This document shows, in pieces, positions 28,874 through 38,329 of a DNA stretch of 64,000 nucleotides. The notes beneath the pieces are model-generated. The model was given only the letters and a program-made list of their open reading frames with translations, searched no databases and was not told the origin of the DNA. Positions within the stretch are counted from its first letter, which is position 1. Every line of letters begins with the position of its first letter. The stretch is taken from the sequence record OR413575.1; one strand, written 5' to 3'. The translations under genes and the position numbers were made by a program.

Positions 28874-29599
28874 TTATTCCCATCCCGTCCAAGCAGGTTG
28901 ATCATAACACAACAGATCTGCCTTGACCTTTTTTGCCTTTAAGAATTCGCCCAATGGTATAACTCGATGTTTAGCCGTCCGGGTAATACTCCCCTTCTTG
29001 TAATAAGCATCGAGGTTCTTGACTTCGACCGCGTGACAACCTTTACCCAGCGTCAACTTATCATCGAAAGGCATCATACCGTCCACGTTGTCAAATAAAC
29101 GAATGTACATCATCACATCCGCAAATTCTTCACCGTTAGCACGAGTATAGAATACCTGACCGATAATAGAAGCAGGATATTTCTGTCCACGTTGTTCTAC
29201 GTCAATTAACCAACGTTCATCACACCATTTAGCAATTGGAGCGAGTTTCTCGGTCACTACAAGGTTTACTTTGGTGGGGATAGCGTAGATGTAATAACCA
29301 CCACGCCATTCGTGATCACCGGCTGCGCCCACCTGTCCTTCGTCTTCCTGAAGGTAATCGCCGACTGTTACCGCGTAACCACGGATACAATCTAACAGTG
29401 TAGGAGCAGTACATACACGGGCTACGGTTTTATCCTCGCCCGGCATGGCACGTTGTACTTTCCGAGGAACGAATTCCTTTATGTCATCTGTAGGCGAAAT
29501 ATGGTAGAGGATACAAGGAGTTGTGTCAATCGTCGTATTCTCCAAAACCTTTGGCGAATAGCGCATGACAGCACGCATCGCTTGTACATCTTGTTCCAT
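28874..29599 (-). CDS. Conserved phiKZ-like hypothetical protein, possible ART-like fold
   Basis: LYHISP...FVPR...GEDKTVARVCTAPTL motif; in the operon with the protease. Confidence 0.65.
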   Translation of the reverse strand: MEQDVQAMRAVMRYSPKVLENTTIDTTPCILYHISPTDDIKEFVPRKVQRAMPGEDKTVARVCTAPTLLDCIRGYAVTVGDYLQEDEGQVGAAGDHEWRGGYYIYAIPTKVNLVVTEKLAPIAKWCDERWLIDVEQRGQKYPASIIGQVFYTRANGEEFADVMMYIRLFDNVDGMMPFDDKLTLGKGCHAVEVKNLDAYYKKGSITRTAKHRVIPLGEFLKAKKVKADLLCYDQPAWTGWE

Positions 29600-29601
29600 T
29601 G

Positions 29602-30327
29602 TTAGGCCCTCAGAAGTTTTTCAACAGGTTGGACAGATTCAGTCGGGTTGACAATTGCAGAGTCGACACCTTCAGCGATGTTAGAACCGCCGATCTTCGA
29701 CACTGTATCCGTAGCACCATACTCAACGTTACGCATTGGGATATATGCAAACGGAGTCTTACTAACGTCTGACGGTTTAGCGACATGATGACGAATAGTA
29801 ATGTTACGGTCTTCTTCCAGACGAGCCTGCTGCGCGATAATCATTTCGAAAATAGATGGGGTAGCATACAGATGTGCACCGGTATACTCAGGAGCGTGTT
29901 TAAAGAAACCACCCATCTGTTCGTAGTCGTAGTACCAGATTGAACGGGCACGAGCGATTACGTCTTCGAATAAAGGATACAACGTTAGCTGGTCAACTAA
30001 CAAGTCAGTTGATTTAGCGATACGTCCACCTTTAGGGTAGTGAAACTCGTAGTACATCTTCCCTTCGATTTCTACCGTGCGGATATCATCAGGAATAGTA
30101 CGTATTGTGGATGGAATCATCCAAGTACAGAACTTACCGTCCGGCGTAATCAAGGCAAAGTAACCGATAAACGTGATTTCTTTACCTAATTGAATTAGTT
30201 GCTTAGAGCGAAAAGACTCGGGTACGTGAATCACGCACCCGGTCTTAGTAACTAATGCGCCATCCGGCAATTCTGCCAAGGTGTCCAACACTGCTGGTAC
30301 ATCACGTTGCAGTTTGCGTACATCCAT
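29602..30327 (-). CDS. Virion structural protein (phiKZ-like)
   Basis: 241-aa ORF with AAGGAG RBS, in the vRNAP/protease operon. Confidence 0.7.
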   Translation of the reverse strand: MDVRKLQRDVPAVLDTLAELPDGALVTKTGCVIHVPESFRSKQLIQLGKEITFIGYFALITPDGKFCTWMIPSTIRTIPDDIRTVEIEGKMYYEFHYPKGGRIAKSTDLLVDQLTLYPLFEDVIARARSIWYYDYEQMGGFFKHAPEYTGAHLYATPSIFEMIIAQQARLEEDRNITIRHHVAKPSDVSKTPFAYIPMRNVEYGATDTVSKIGGSNIAEGVDSAIVNPTESVQPVEKLLRA

Positions 30328-30340
30328 GGCAGATCACTCC

Positions 30341-31831
30341 TTACTCGTCAGTGCCGATATGATAGTTAGCAACCATCCAACGGGTCATGTAAGTAATCAT
30401 GGCGTAATAGGCAGCGTAACGCGGTTCGATATCTTCTTCCGCAACGATCTCTTCCATCGTTTCCAGAATGCATTGAGCATCGGTGAACGGGAATACGATC
30501 TGGCAAATGACGCGAGTCATCAGGTCGTAGATACGAACTTCTTCACTACTATCCCATTTCGCGAAATAAACTTTCAGTACGTCGGTTACTTTTGCGATAT
30601 TCGCAACGGCGGCTTGACGATCAAAGTCAGCAGGGAAGGAATCGTCAGGCAACTCTTCGAGAGTAGTTGTCAGAACAATCTTCAGCGCATCGTTGATACG
30701 ATCAACAATCGTCAGGCGAGTCTGCTCTTCACGTGCCTGATCCATCGACTGATAGATACGCAGACACTCTTCCTTAATAGGGAGAAGGTCAGTCAGACGG
30801 AAGATGTTTTTGGACGGATGGATAGCACCGCCAATGATCTGCTCTGCTACCAGACCTTTCTCGAACGCCAAACGAGCGATCGGTTTAAGAACCAGAATCT
30901 CGCCTTGAGCATGATCGAAGAAGATACCACGTACACGCGGCTTACGCAGGTAAAGGACATTGTCCTGCACATCCTGCTGGTATTGACCGACCAGTCGTGC
31001 GATAGAACCGCCGATGTTGTTCATCAGCTGCTTAACGTACGTGCTGTATTCTTCCATTGACAGACCAGTGCCGTCAACAGGGTTATCTAAATAACCCTCA
31101 GCGATGAAGTAGGCGCAAAGCAGGAAGTCGACTTCGTCCAGACTGAAGACGCCCATTTGATCCTGGGTACCGTCTTTAACAATCAGGCGGCGAATCATGT
31201 CAGTTACTTCGCTGTTGTCGTCCGGACGTTTACCTGCGAATAACGCAGCGAAAATATCAGCGACAGCTTGGTTACCCAGACGACCAACGATTTCAGCTAC
31301 AGCAGCATCGATCTCAGGGATGTTGGTAGCGATATCCTGCAGAATCTGTTCAGTTTCTTTACAAGCGCCTTCACGGGCCACTTTGTAATACTTGGACATC
31401 GGGACGTCTTTGAACAGACGCTCAGCTACTTCACTGGTCAGGAAGTCTGAGATTTCAAACTCGCGGAGAGAGTACTCAGCCGGAGTCGAAGACTTCAGAC
31501 GCGTCAAGAGACGGTCAGTGGTAGTAGAGATAAACGGGCGAACGGTAGAACGAACGTATTCGAACTGGTTAGTGATACCGACCAGCAATACATCAACTGC
31601 ACCGTTAACCGCTTCTTCGTGCTGAGACATGGAGTCAGAACTGATTACTACATCAGCTGCGCTCTGCACTTCATCACCGATAGATTCCAGAGAAACGTTG
31701 TTGTCGGAACCACGCAGTACCGGAGTACTGTAAACAACGGCGTTACTGAACAGGTTAAAATCAGATTCCAGGGATACCTGAGTCTGAGCTGCAATAGCCT
31801 TAGCTACGCGGATGGAATGTTTACTGAGCAT
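30341..31831 (-). CDS. Probable internal head protein with a protease-processed N-terminus
   Basis: 496-aa ORF with two VSLES motifs in the first 50 aa. AAGGAG RBS. Confidence 0.7.
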   Translation of the reverse strand: MLSKHSIRVAKAIAAQTQVSLESDFNLFSNAVVYSTPVLRGSDNNVSLESIGDEVQSAADVVISSDSMSQHEEAVNGAVDVLLVGITNQFEYVRSTVRPFISTTTDRLLTRLKSSTPAEYSLREFEISDFLTSEVAERLFKDVPMSKYYKVAREGACKETEQILQDIATNIPEIDAAVAEIVGRLGNQAVADIFAALFAGKRPDDNSEVTDMIRRLIVKDGTQDQMGVFSLDEVDFLLCAYFIAEGYLDNPVDGTGLSMEEYSTYVKQLMNNIGGSIARLVGQYQQDVQDNVLYLRKPRVRGIFFDHAQGEILVLKPIARLAFEKGLVAEQIIGGAIHPSKNIFRLTDLLPIKEECLRIYQSMDQAREEQTRLTIVDRINDALKIVLTTTLEELPDDSFPADFDRQAAVANIAKVTDVLKVYFAKWDSSEEVRIYDLMTRVICQIVFPFTDAQCILETMEEIVAEEDIEPRYAAYYAMITYMTRWMVANYHIGTDE

Positions 31832-32039
31832 TGATAACTCCTTCCTTCGCTTCTTTTTCTTTAATGGCTTTCAGCAGTCCTGCACCCAGGTCTTCTGAAA
31901 CACGTTCGCCGAGGTCTGTACCCGGATCGTAGTCCTTGATAGGAATCTGGATCGCTTCGGATTTTTGACGCAGCATTACGCGTTTCCCAATCTCGATAAG
32001 GTTAGCAATAGTTGCTACCTGTTTTACTTTAGTGGTCAT
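31821..32039 (-). CDS. Small hypothetical protein
   Basis: 72-aa ORF with AAGGTG RBS, overlapping the next start by 11 nt. Confidence 0.6.
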   Translation of the reverse strand: MTTKVKQVATIANLIEIGKRVMLRQKSEAIQIPIKDYDPGTDLGERVSEDLGAGLLKAIKEKEAKEGVINAQ

Positions 32040-32067
32040 TGTGATATCACCTTGTTAATGAATAGGA

Positions 32068-32087
32068 GGGGTAGGCGTCCCTACCCC
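32068..32087 (-). terminator. Hairpin downstream of vRNAP beta
   Basis: GGGGTAGG-CGTC-CCTACCCC; no clear U-tract. Confidence 0.45.
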
Positions 32088-32093
32088 AACAGA

Positions 32094-35000
32094 TCAAGAG
32101 TCGTAAGCACGAACCATCATGTCCGAAATGAATTCCTGACAGATGACTGACATCCCCGCCATAATAGACGAGTGTACGATACGAGCTTCCTGCGCACGAT
32201 AAGAGAACTCAAGTTCGATCTTACGAGTACCAGAACCTTTCCACAATTCAGTGGCTGTAAAGGTAGGCCCACGTTGTTCCCCCGCTGTTACGGACTTAAG
32301 CTGGTTACTTAAAACCAACTTATCGCCGCCTGACATAATACGTTCTTCGGTAATGAAAATCCGAATCGCTATCATATCAATGTCAACCTGAGAGCCGTCG
32401 ACACGGGCTGGGGTGGTGATCTCACCTGTCTTCGCACTACCGTCATTTAACTGAGATGCTAACTTCGCACGTTCACGGTCGTACTTATCCGCAATCTTCC
32501 TCAAGGATGGCGACATGTCGTCTTTATCCCCGAAGTAAATTACTTGGATTTCTTCTACTACACCAGCGTAGTGAGCACGCGGACTCGGACGAGACAACAT
32601 GTTCAATGCTTCAAGGTTACTAGAACCCACCGCTGCTAAAGTCTTATCCTCGATGGTAGCAAGGATACTGTCAATGTCCATTGTTTCACCAACAGTCACC
32701 AGGTTATGGACTGCATCAGTGAACTTGACAAGAAGAGTACGGATGTGAGTTGTCTTGGATCGCATACGATACGCTAGCTCTTTAGAAATTAAGGAGCTAT
32801 CTTCCCATGTTTCGTTTTTCTCTAACAGGGCAGTGTATGCATACGTACCGGACAACAACGATACTTGGTTAGGATCACGTGGATCTGGTCGATAGAAGTC
32901 ACTGTTGTAACTGATGACTTTACCTACCTTGAACTTATCCCCTGGTTTCAAATCCGTTTTGATTTCATGAGGAACAACGTGACCGGTTACAACACCGAAA
33001 CGACGACCAATCTGACAAGTCTCAACAGAACCGTCTTTGTACTTAATCGTAATAACCCGATCAGTTACGTCGGTTACTTCACCATCTTGTTTAGCGGTGA
33101 AACTAAACAGGTCATCCGAACGGTGGGCCAGAACCTGGTCGTAGCCTGTACGGATAAACATTGGATCTGGGTTACTGATAGAGACTACGTGGTCTTGCTG
33201 AATCCCGATAAAGTTTACACGTTTCGGGTCATCGTATTCAGCGAACGGAGAGGTCAACATCGAAGTAGATACGATAGAAGACATTGGAGCTTTGTTCACG
33301 TCTACGGTTTCAACAGCACCACGGAGCGATTTGATGTTAGGGTTAGGCGGCATAAACATGTTGATGCCTACATCGCCGGAGTCAACACCAGATTCAGAAC
33401 GTACCCCGATATCCGATTTATGGAATACACGGGTACGGCGTGTCATCGCTCTCTTAGAACGACCACCTGTCCCTGAGTACGTCATGTTTTCCTTTTCTTT
33501 AAGGTTGTGGATAACGTTAGAGTCTTCCACCAGACTAACAGAAGGATCCTTCTGAATAGCTGTTAATACCTCAAAGGGATTCAGGTCAATAGACGTCTTC
33601 GTGGAGATAGGTTTGTTCCGGTAATTACGAACTGCGTCAGTTACTGCTTTATAAACAGCACCGTTCATACGCTCGTAACCTTTAACCAGAATCAAGGACG
33701 TATCCAAGTCAGACTTATGGTTATCATCTACTAACATTTCGACAGCACGAACAAACAACGGCTTCATTGCAGTTGGTTCACCCATGTGTTTCAAGTTTTC
33801 GATGGCGATTGGATCCAAGAACAGTTCATCAATCAGCCCTATTTCGTTCAGATGTCTAGCACTTAAGCCAGCTTCCATAAACATGGGTTGATAATAAGAA
33901 CGATCGTTGAGTTCAGCTACTTGAATCGTACGGATATACTTCTTCCACAGATTCAGGGAGGCGAAGATCATCGAAGCCTTGGAGTTGTCGCGCGGGAATA
34001 CCCAAATTTCATCTCCGAAGATAACTTCGAATTCATCTTGAGTGGTATCGCGCTTAGCGCCTTTAATACGACGACGCGGGTATTGAGGACGAACCTCATC
34101 GGCTTCCAAACTGACCGCCAACTCCGACAGAATAGATTCCGCACCTCCCATTTCTGGGAAGTATGCCGATTCCAAACTAACCTTACCGGAGTAAAGCGCC
34201 TCTGCCAGCTTATTGATGCCCACTAAGTAAGCCAGAACAATACCGATAGGGATTTCTTGTCCCATGCAACGGAGTACAACGACTTCTTCTGGCGAACTAC
34301 TTTCATCCATCCCTAATAAGGAAGGGATAGAACCCAGAGGTTTATCGCCGCCTTCGTACAACTTACCGAGTTTATCCATGTAAACGGTAGTATTACCTTT
34401 CTTACCGACAGGGATTCGGTTAGCTGCTTTGATGCGGGTAGGAAAGTTTTTCTCGATGGCATGATAATCCCAATAGAAATGAATACCTTCTAATTGGAAT
34501 TCCAAATATGTTTGCGCTAACGCAGAATACATACGTGGTACAGGCTGGTTCTCGCCGTATGAGTTTCCATAGACAGCACCTGAGATCTTGCCTTCGCCGC
34601 TCAAGATATCGTTGGTGATTGCACTAATCAACCAGTTATCGAACGAAGAGACTTTCTTCTTACTACGCTCAACGAATAACTTACCGTAGTAACTCGTTAA
34701 GCAAACTTCAGACGTGTTGATCTTACGGATAGGTTTATCCATGCGCAGCTTACGCATGTAATATTTAACCCCGTTGATCTGATACTTACCGTTACGGTCA
34801 ACTTTAGGTAACTGGAAAGACAGAGTAGATTCTTTACCATATACCGGAGTGACTTTAATACGGTAGTCGATAGTACGACTCAGCGCATCCGTGTACTCTT
34901 CTTTTTCAAAGCCAGTGATCGCAATACCTGCACGTTGCAATGACAGAATCATATTCGCGGTATCGTGTTCCATTACATCATTGACGTACTCTTGGTCGAA

Positions 35001-36668
35001 GTTGATAAGGGAAGACTGGAGCATTCCTTTATCTGTAACGTACGGAATATCTGGGATCTCCGCTGGCTTAAAGTTCCAGATTTTATCTTCTGGCACCTTC
35101 GCATGTTCTTCGAGAGTCTGGTCACCGACTTTAATCTCCTTGTACTTACGTCCAAGTTTTAAATGGCGTTGATGCTCCGCCTGGGAAATAATTCCACGAC
35201 TTAACAGCGCCGCCGACTTAACTGCAATACCTGCTTCGAGAGGATTCGTTGTGTCGACATGAACAACCGTTTCTTCTACAGGCTTAGAAACAATCTGCTC
35301 AGTCCGCTCCGGAGGCAGTTCAGCGAGTTCCTCTGCTTCTACCTCAGTAATGTCTGCCGAGTCGAGTTCGCTGATATCAGCTACCTTCTCATTGATCATT
35401 AACTGTTTATTACCCGCGAACTGTTGCTGTACAGTCCCCATAATCGATTCTGCCGGGATTTCTGCATCTTCGACTACAGTTGCATCACTGTCGTTGGTAG
35501 GGATCATACCGAGCGTTACAGGCTTCTCTGTCTCATCTCGTGGTACGGTCGCTAAAACAACATCCTTAGCATCTGTCTGACGGAACGCCATAAGTGCAAT
35601 CATGTACTTATGGAATTTGTTACTTATCCCAGGAATACTTGTAGCTTCGCGCCACATATCCAGTTTAGCCATGGAGATAATGTTGTAACGACCACCACAG
35701 GTGAATACAAACCAGACCTTTCCATAGTTCTCAGGGCTGATGAGATTCAGTGCAGAGTCTTCACGTTTTTCAGACATCCAACGCCAGATATCAGCAACAC
35801 GTAATGATTGATCATCAGGGAACCAACCCAATGTCATACGTGACCATGCTTCGAACGAGATATCGCAGTCGCAACCTTCCAGATTGATAAACTGATCATT
35901 CGAACCCCAGCCTAACGAAGTCTCATCAAACGACTCCATTGCTGAATCCATCTGATTGTAGATATCGGCGCCCAGATAACGAGCCATTTCGTTACCAGCT
36001 TTACGGAACACGTCATTGAACCGTAATTGAGGTTCTTCTGCGAAACGCGCTTCCTGAATGTCTCGCAAAGTCGTATTCAAACCGGTGGACTGAACTTCTT
36101 CTTCAAACTCTTCCACTGAATGGAAACGAGCACGAGGCGGAAGTACATCCGGCAGATCGACGAAGATCAAATGCTGACGGCTAGAAGACTTACAGGTTTC
36201 TTCAACATTCTTGAGCATGGTAGCCCACATGTTGTTGAAACGCCATAAACGCGACCACGCATTGCGCTGGTAACGATATTTCGGTGTCAGCATTGCATAG
36301 TTGAATACTATCGGGAACTTCTTATCCAGAAGTGCCATAGGCAGCTTACCAACGCGTTTAACGTTCTTAGCGGTCCGATAGTACAACTTACCTAGGTTAA
36401 CGATGTTAACAGCGCCTAGAGCGCGTGGTTGACCTTCATTGCTCGTTAACTCAGGAACATGGTGTACGTAATGCTGGCGAGGGAAGTTGCGTAAAGGGAA
36501 CCAGTCATCGCCTGGACCTAAATCGCTAACAGCCATAGGGAGATAATGGAGAGCCACGTTTTTTGGCAGAATCCAGTTTGCGATGTCGTAACCTTTTGGG
36601 TTACTAAACATACCTTCCGTACGAACTGTGTAACGGTATTCCCAGTTACTAAGTTCTAATTCGGTCAT
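32094..36668 (-). CDS. Virion RNA polymerase beta subunit, large N-terminal part (phiKZ gp178-like)
   Basis: RpoB-like motifs YQINGVKYYMRK, GVRSESGVDSGDVG, YDDPKRVNFIGIQQDH, EKNETWEDSS and MSGGDKL. Confidence 0.92.
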   Translation of the reverse strand: MTELELSNWEYRYTVRTEGMFSNPKGYDIANWILPKNVALHYLPMAVSDLGPGDDWFPLRNFPRQHYVHHVPELTSNEGQPRALGAVNIVNLGKLYYRTAKNVKRVGKLPMALLDKKFPIVFNYAMLTPKYRYQRNAWSRLWRFNNMWATMLKNVEETCKSSSRQHLIFVDLPDVLPPRARFHSVEEFEEEVQSTGLNTTLRDIQEARFAEEPQLRFNDVFRKAGNEMARYLGADIYNQMDSAMESFDETSLGWGSNDQFINLEGCDCDISFEAWSRMTLGWFPDDQSLRVADIWRWMSEKREDSALNLISPENYGKVWFVFTCGGRYNIISMAKLDMWREATSIPGISNKFHKYMIALMAFRQTDAKDVVLATVPRDETEKPVTLGMIPTNDSDATVVEDAEIPAESIMGTVQQQFAGNKQLMINEKVADISELDSADITEVEAEELAELPPERTEQIVSKPVEETVVHVDTTNPLEAGIAVKSAALLSRGIISQAEHQRHLKLGRKYKEIKVGDQTLEEHAKVPEDKIWNFKPAEIPDIPYVTDKGMLQSSLINFDQEYVNDVMEHDTANMILSLQRAGIAITGFEKEEYTDALSRTIDYRIKVTPVYGKESTLSFQLPKVDRNGKYQINGVKYYMRKLRMDKPIRKINTSEVCLTSYYGKLFVERSKKKVSSFDNWLISAITNDILSGEGKISGAVYGNSYGENQPVPRMYSALAQTYLEFQLEGIHFYWDYHAIEKNFPTRIKAANRIPVGKKGNTTVYMDKLGKLYEGGDKPLGSIPSLLGMDESSSPEEVVVLRCMGQEIPIGIVLAYLVGINKLAEALYSGKVSLESAYFPEMGGAESILSELAVSLEADEVRPQYPRRRIKGAKRDTTQDEFEVIFGDEIWVFPRDNSKASMIFASLNLWKKYIRTIQVAELNDRSYYQPMFMEAGLSARHLNEIGLIDELFLDPIAIENLKHMGEPTAMKPLFVRAVEMLVDDNHKSDLDTSLILVKGYERMNGAVYKAVTDAVRNYRNKPISTKTSIDLNPFEVLTAIQKDPSVSLVEDSNVIHNLKEKENMTYSGTGGRSKRAMTRRTRVFHKSDIGVRSESGVDSGDVGINMFMPPNPNIKSLRGAVETVDVNKAPMSSIVSTSMLTSPFAEYDDPKRVNFIGIQQDHVVSISNPDPMFIRTGYDQVLAHRSDDLFSFTAKQDGEVTDVTDRVITIKYKDGSVETCQIGRRFGVVTGHVVPHEIKTDLKPGDKFKVGKVISYNSDFYRPDPRDPNQVSLLSGTYAYTALLEKNETWEDSSLISKELAYRMRSKTTHIRTLLVKFTDAVHNLVTVGETMDIDSILATIEDKTLAAVGSSNLEALNMLSRPSPRAHYAGVVEEIQVIYFGDKDDMSPSLRKIADKYDRERAKLASQLNDGSAKTGEITTPARVDGSQVDIDMIAIRIFITEERIMSGGDKLVLSNQLKSVTAGEQRGPTFTATELWKGSGTRKIELEFSYRAQEARIVHSSIMAGMSVICQEFISDMMVRAYDS

Positions 36669-38302
36669 TCAGTAGGTCCTCCAGTGATCTGCTTTAACAA
36701 CAACTCGATGTTATCGTTATTTGCACTGAGAATGAGTTTATTGTTTGCACCGACGTACCAATCACGTTTAGATTTCAGCATGTTGTATTCGTCACGTGCT
36801 TCTTTGGACATTGCACCTACCATTGATTCACGGTCACCATCGAAGTCACCTGCCTGCGCTTTAATACGAGCAGTATGAGGAGACATAGTTTCGATAAACG
36901 GTGCGTCGATATCTTGGTCAGGGAAGAAGATAGCAATATGATCAGGCCCCAGTGGTTCCCAGTCTTCACCGAGCTCAGGAAGCTCACGACTGTTAACCGT
37001 AGTCCGCATGAAGATATTTCCTATGTAAGTGGAACCGTCTCCAGCAACGGGGTATCGAGTAGCACTTGCAATATTGTTGTTCCAGTCGTTGTAACCGGAG
37101 ATGTAAAACAATGTTGCTAAGTTAATCGGATACACGTCCTTCTTGTCCAACTCTTTAGGCAGTTCGTTAATGTCTGCAAAGAATCGGAACCCCTTTTGTC
37201 CGGCATAAACCAGACCGAGGTAATGTCCATCTATAAGGATGGGTCGGTTACGAAGTTTCTTCTTACCGAAACGTTTGACTAAGTTATCGAACCCTTCGGT
37301 AGTTGTCCACATCTCACGTTGTTCAGCACTGAGCTCCACGAGCTCTCGTTCCAGAGTCTTACGGTTGGTCAGGTATATCTCTTGTTGCTGAGATGTACCA
37401 AAGACTTTACCTAGCCATCCGGAACGGAGATAATACTCAACGATAGGTTTGAATGCTACGATGGTTTGTAACATACCTGTCTGGATGGTGTTAATGCCAG
37501 GAGTCTGCCGTGAGCCGATTCGAGGACTTGACAATGTCATCGGACTGATGACATTAGCAGTCCCGTATACAACTGTACGAGATGCCCACTTACCTAGAAC
37601 GAATCCTCGCTTACCTTTTATAATGGTAAAGAAGTAATCGAAGATTGTTTCTGACGTCTTCTGTAACGAAGCTCGTGCAGAGTTCAGGATAGGGTCATTA
37701 CGACCGATAGATGTAGAACTAATAGTAGAAGCCGTTGCAATTAGTGACCGGTAGAAACCATTAACCTCATCCTCTGAACCGCGACCGGTTTCTGACGTTG
37801 TATAGTCACGTAAACCAGCGGGCAGAATTAAATATTTTTCCCACTGAGCCTTCTGGCGGTTGTCTTCAATCAACTTGATGCGAAGGTTACGGCCAGATGA
37901 TCCAGTACGCGGGAACTGTATTTCGTGGAAGTGTTCCATGAAGAAGGCAAATCCTGTGTTACCTTCCGCCGGTGTTGAGGAATGAAAGTCTTTCGTTTCC
38001 TCGTCCCATGTACCATAACGAGTACCCAGGATAATCCCACGATATAAATCCTTAAGTGTACCTAAACGCTTAAAGATGAGTGGATGTAGGATCGTTGTAT
38101 TCAGGTCAATGTACCCGAAACGACGATCACGTTCTTCGGAGCCAACAGGCCCAAATATCTCAGCACTGAACAAGCCGGATTGGTTAAAGGTGCTCGTACC
38201 CGATTCGAATATTTCGTTCGTGGTACACTTACCCATTGTTCTAACCAATTCGGCATTCGGTTGCAGTATTGAAATATTGAAAGGTATTTCGTTAATCCGC
38301 AT
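36665..38302 (-). CDS. Virion RNA polymerase beta-prime subunit, catalytic part (phiKZ gp180-like)
   Basis: GLFSAEIFGP, GYIDLNTTILHPL, LILPAGLRD, KGKRGF and catalytic AGDFDGD motifs of RpoC. Confidence 0.94.
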   Translation of the reverse strand: MRINEIPFNISILQPNAELVRTMGKCTTNEIFESGTSTFNQSGLFSAEIFGPVGSEERDRRFGYIDLNTTILHPLIFKRLGTLKDLYRGIILGTRYGTWDEETKDFHSSTPAEGNTGFAFFMEHFHEIQFPRTGSSGRNLRIKLIEDNRQKAQWEKYLILPAGLRDYTTSETGRGSEDEVNGFYRSLIATASTISSTSIGRNDPILNSARASLQKTSETIFDYFFTIIKGKRGFVLGKWASRTVVYGTANVISPMTLSSPRIGSRQTPGINTIQTGMLQTIVAFKPIVEYYLRSGWLGKVFGTSQQQEIYLTNRKTLERELVELSAEQREMWTTTEGFDNLVKRFGKKKLRNRPILIDGHYLGLVYAGQKGFRFFADINELPKELDKKDVYPINLATLFYISGYNDWNNNIASATRYPVAGDGSTYIGNIFMRTTVNSRELPELGEDWEPLGPDHIAIFFPDQDIDAPFIETMSPHTARIKAQAGDFDGDRESMVGAMSKEARDEYNMLKSKRDWYVGANNKLILSANNDNIELLLKQITGGPTE

Positions 38303-38329
38303 GTCTTGTCCTCACGAGGGTGGACTATA

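Noticed and set aside
30281-31060. 259-aa plus-strand ORF
   Set aside because: Antisense shadow of the 496-aa gene with no RBS or protein-like features; long antisense frames are expected from the biased codon usage.
32865-33555. 203-aa and 87-aa plus-strand ORFs within vRNAP beta
   Set aside because: Antisense to a highly conserved RNAP gene, with no independent support.
36600-36700. Possible homing endonuclease or intron between or within vRNAP genes (an HNH gene sits at the equivalent position in phiKZ)
   Set aside because: The beta-prime and beta genes overlap by 4 nt with continuous frames; no HNH, LAGLIDADG or intein motifs were seen.
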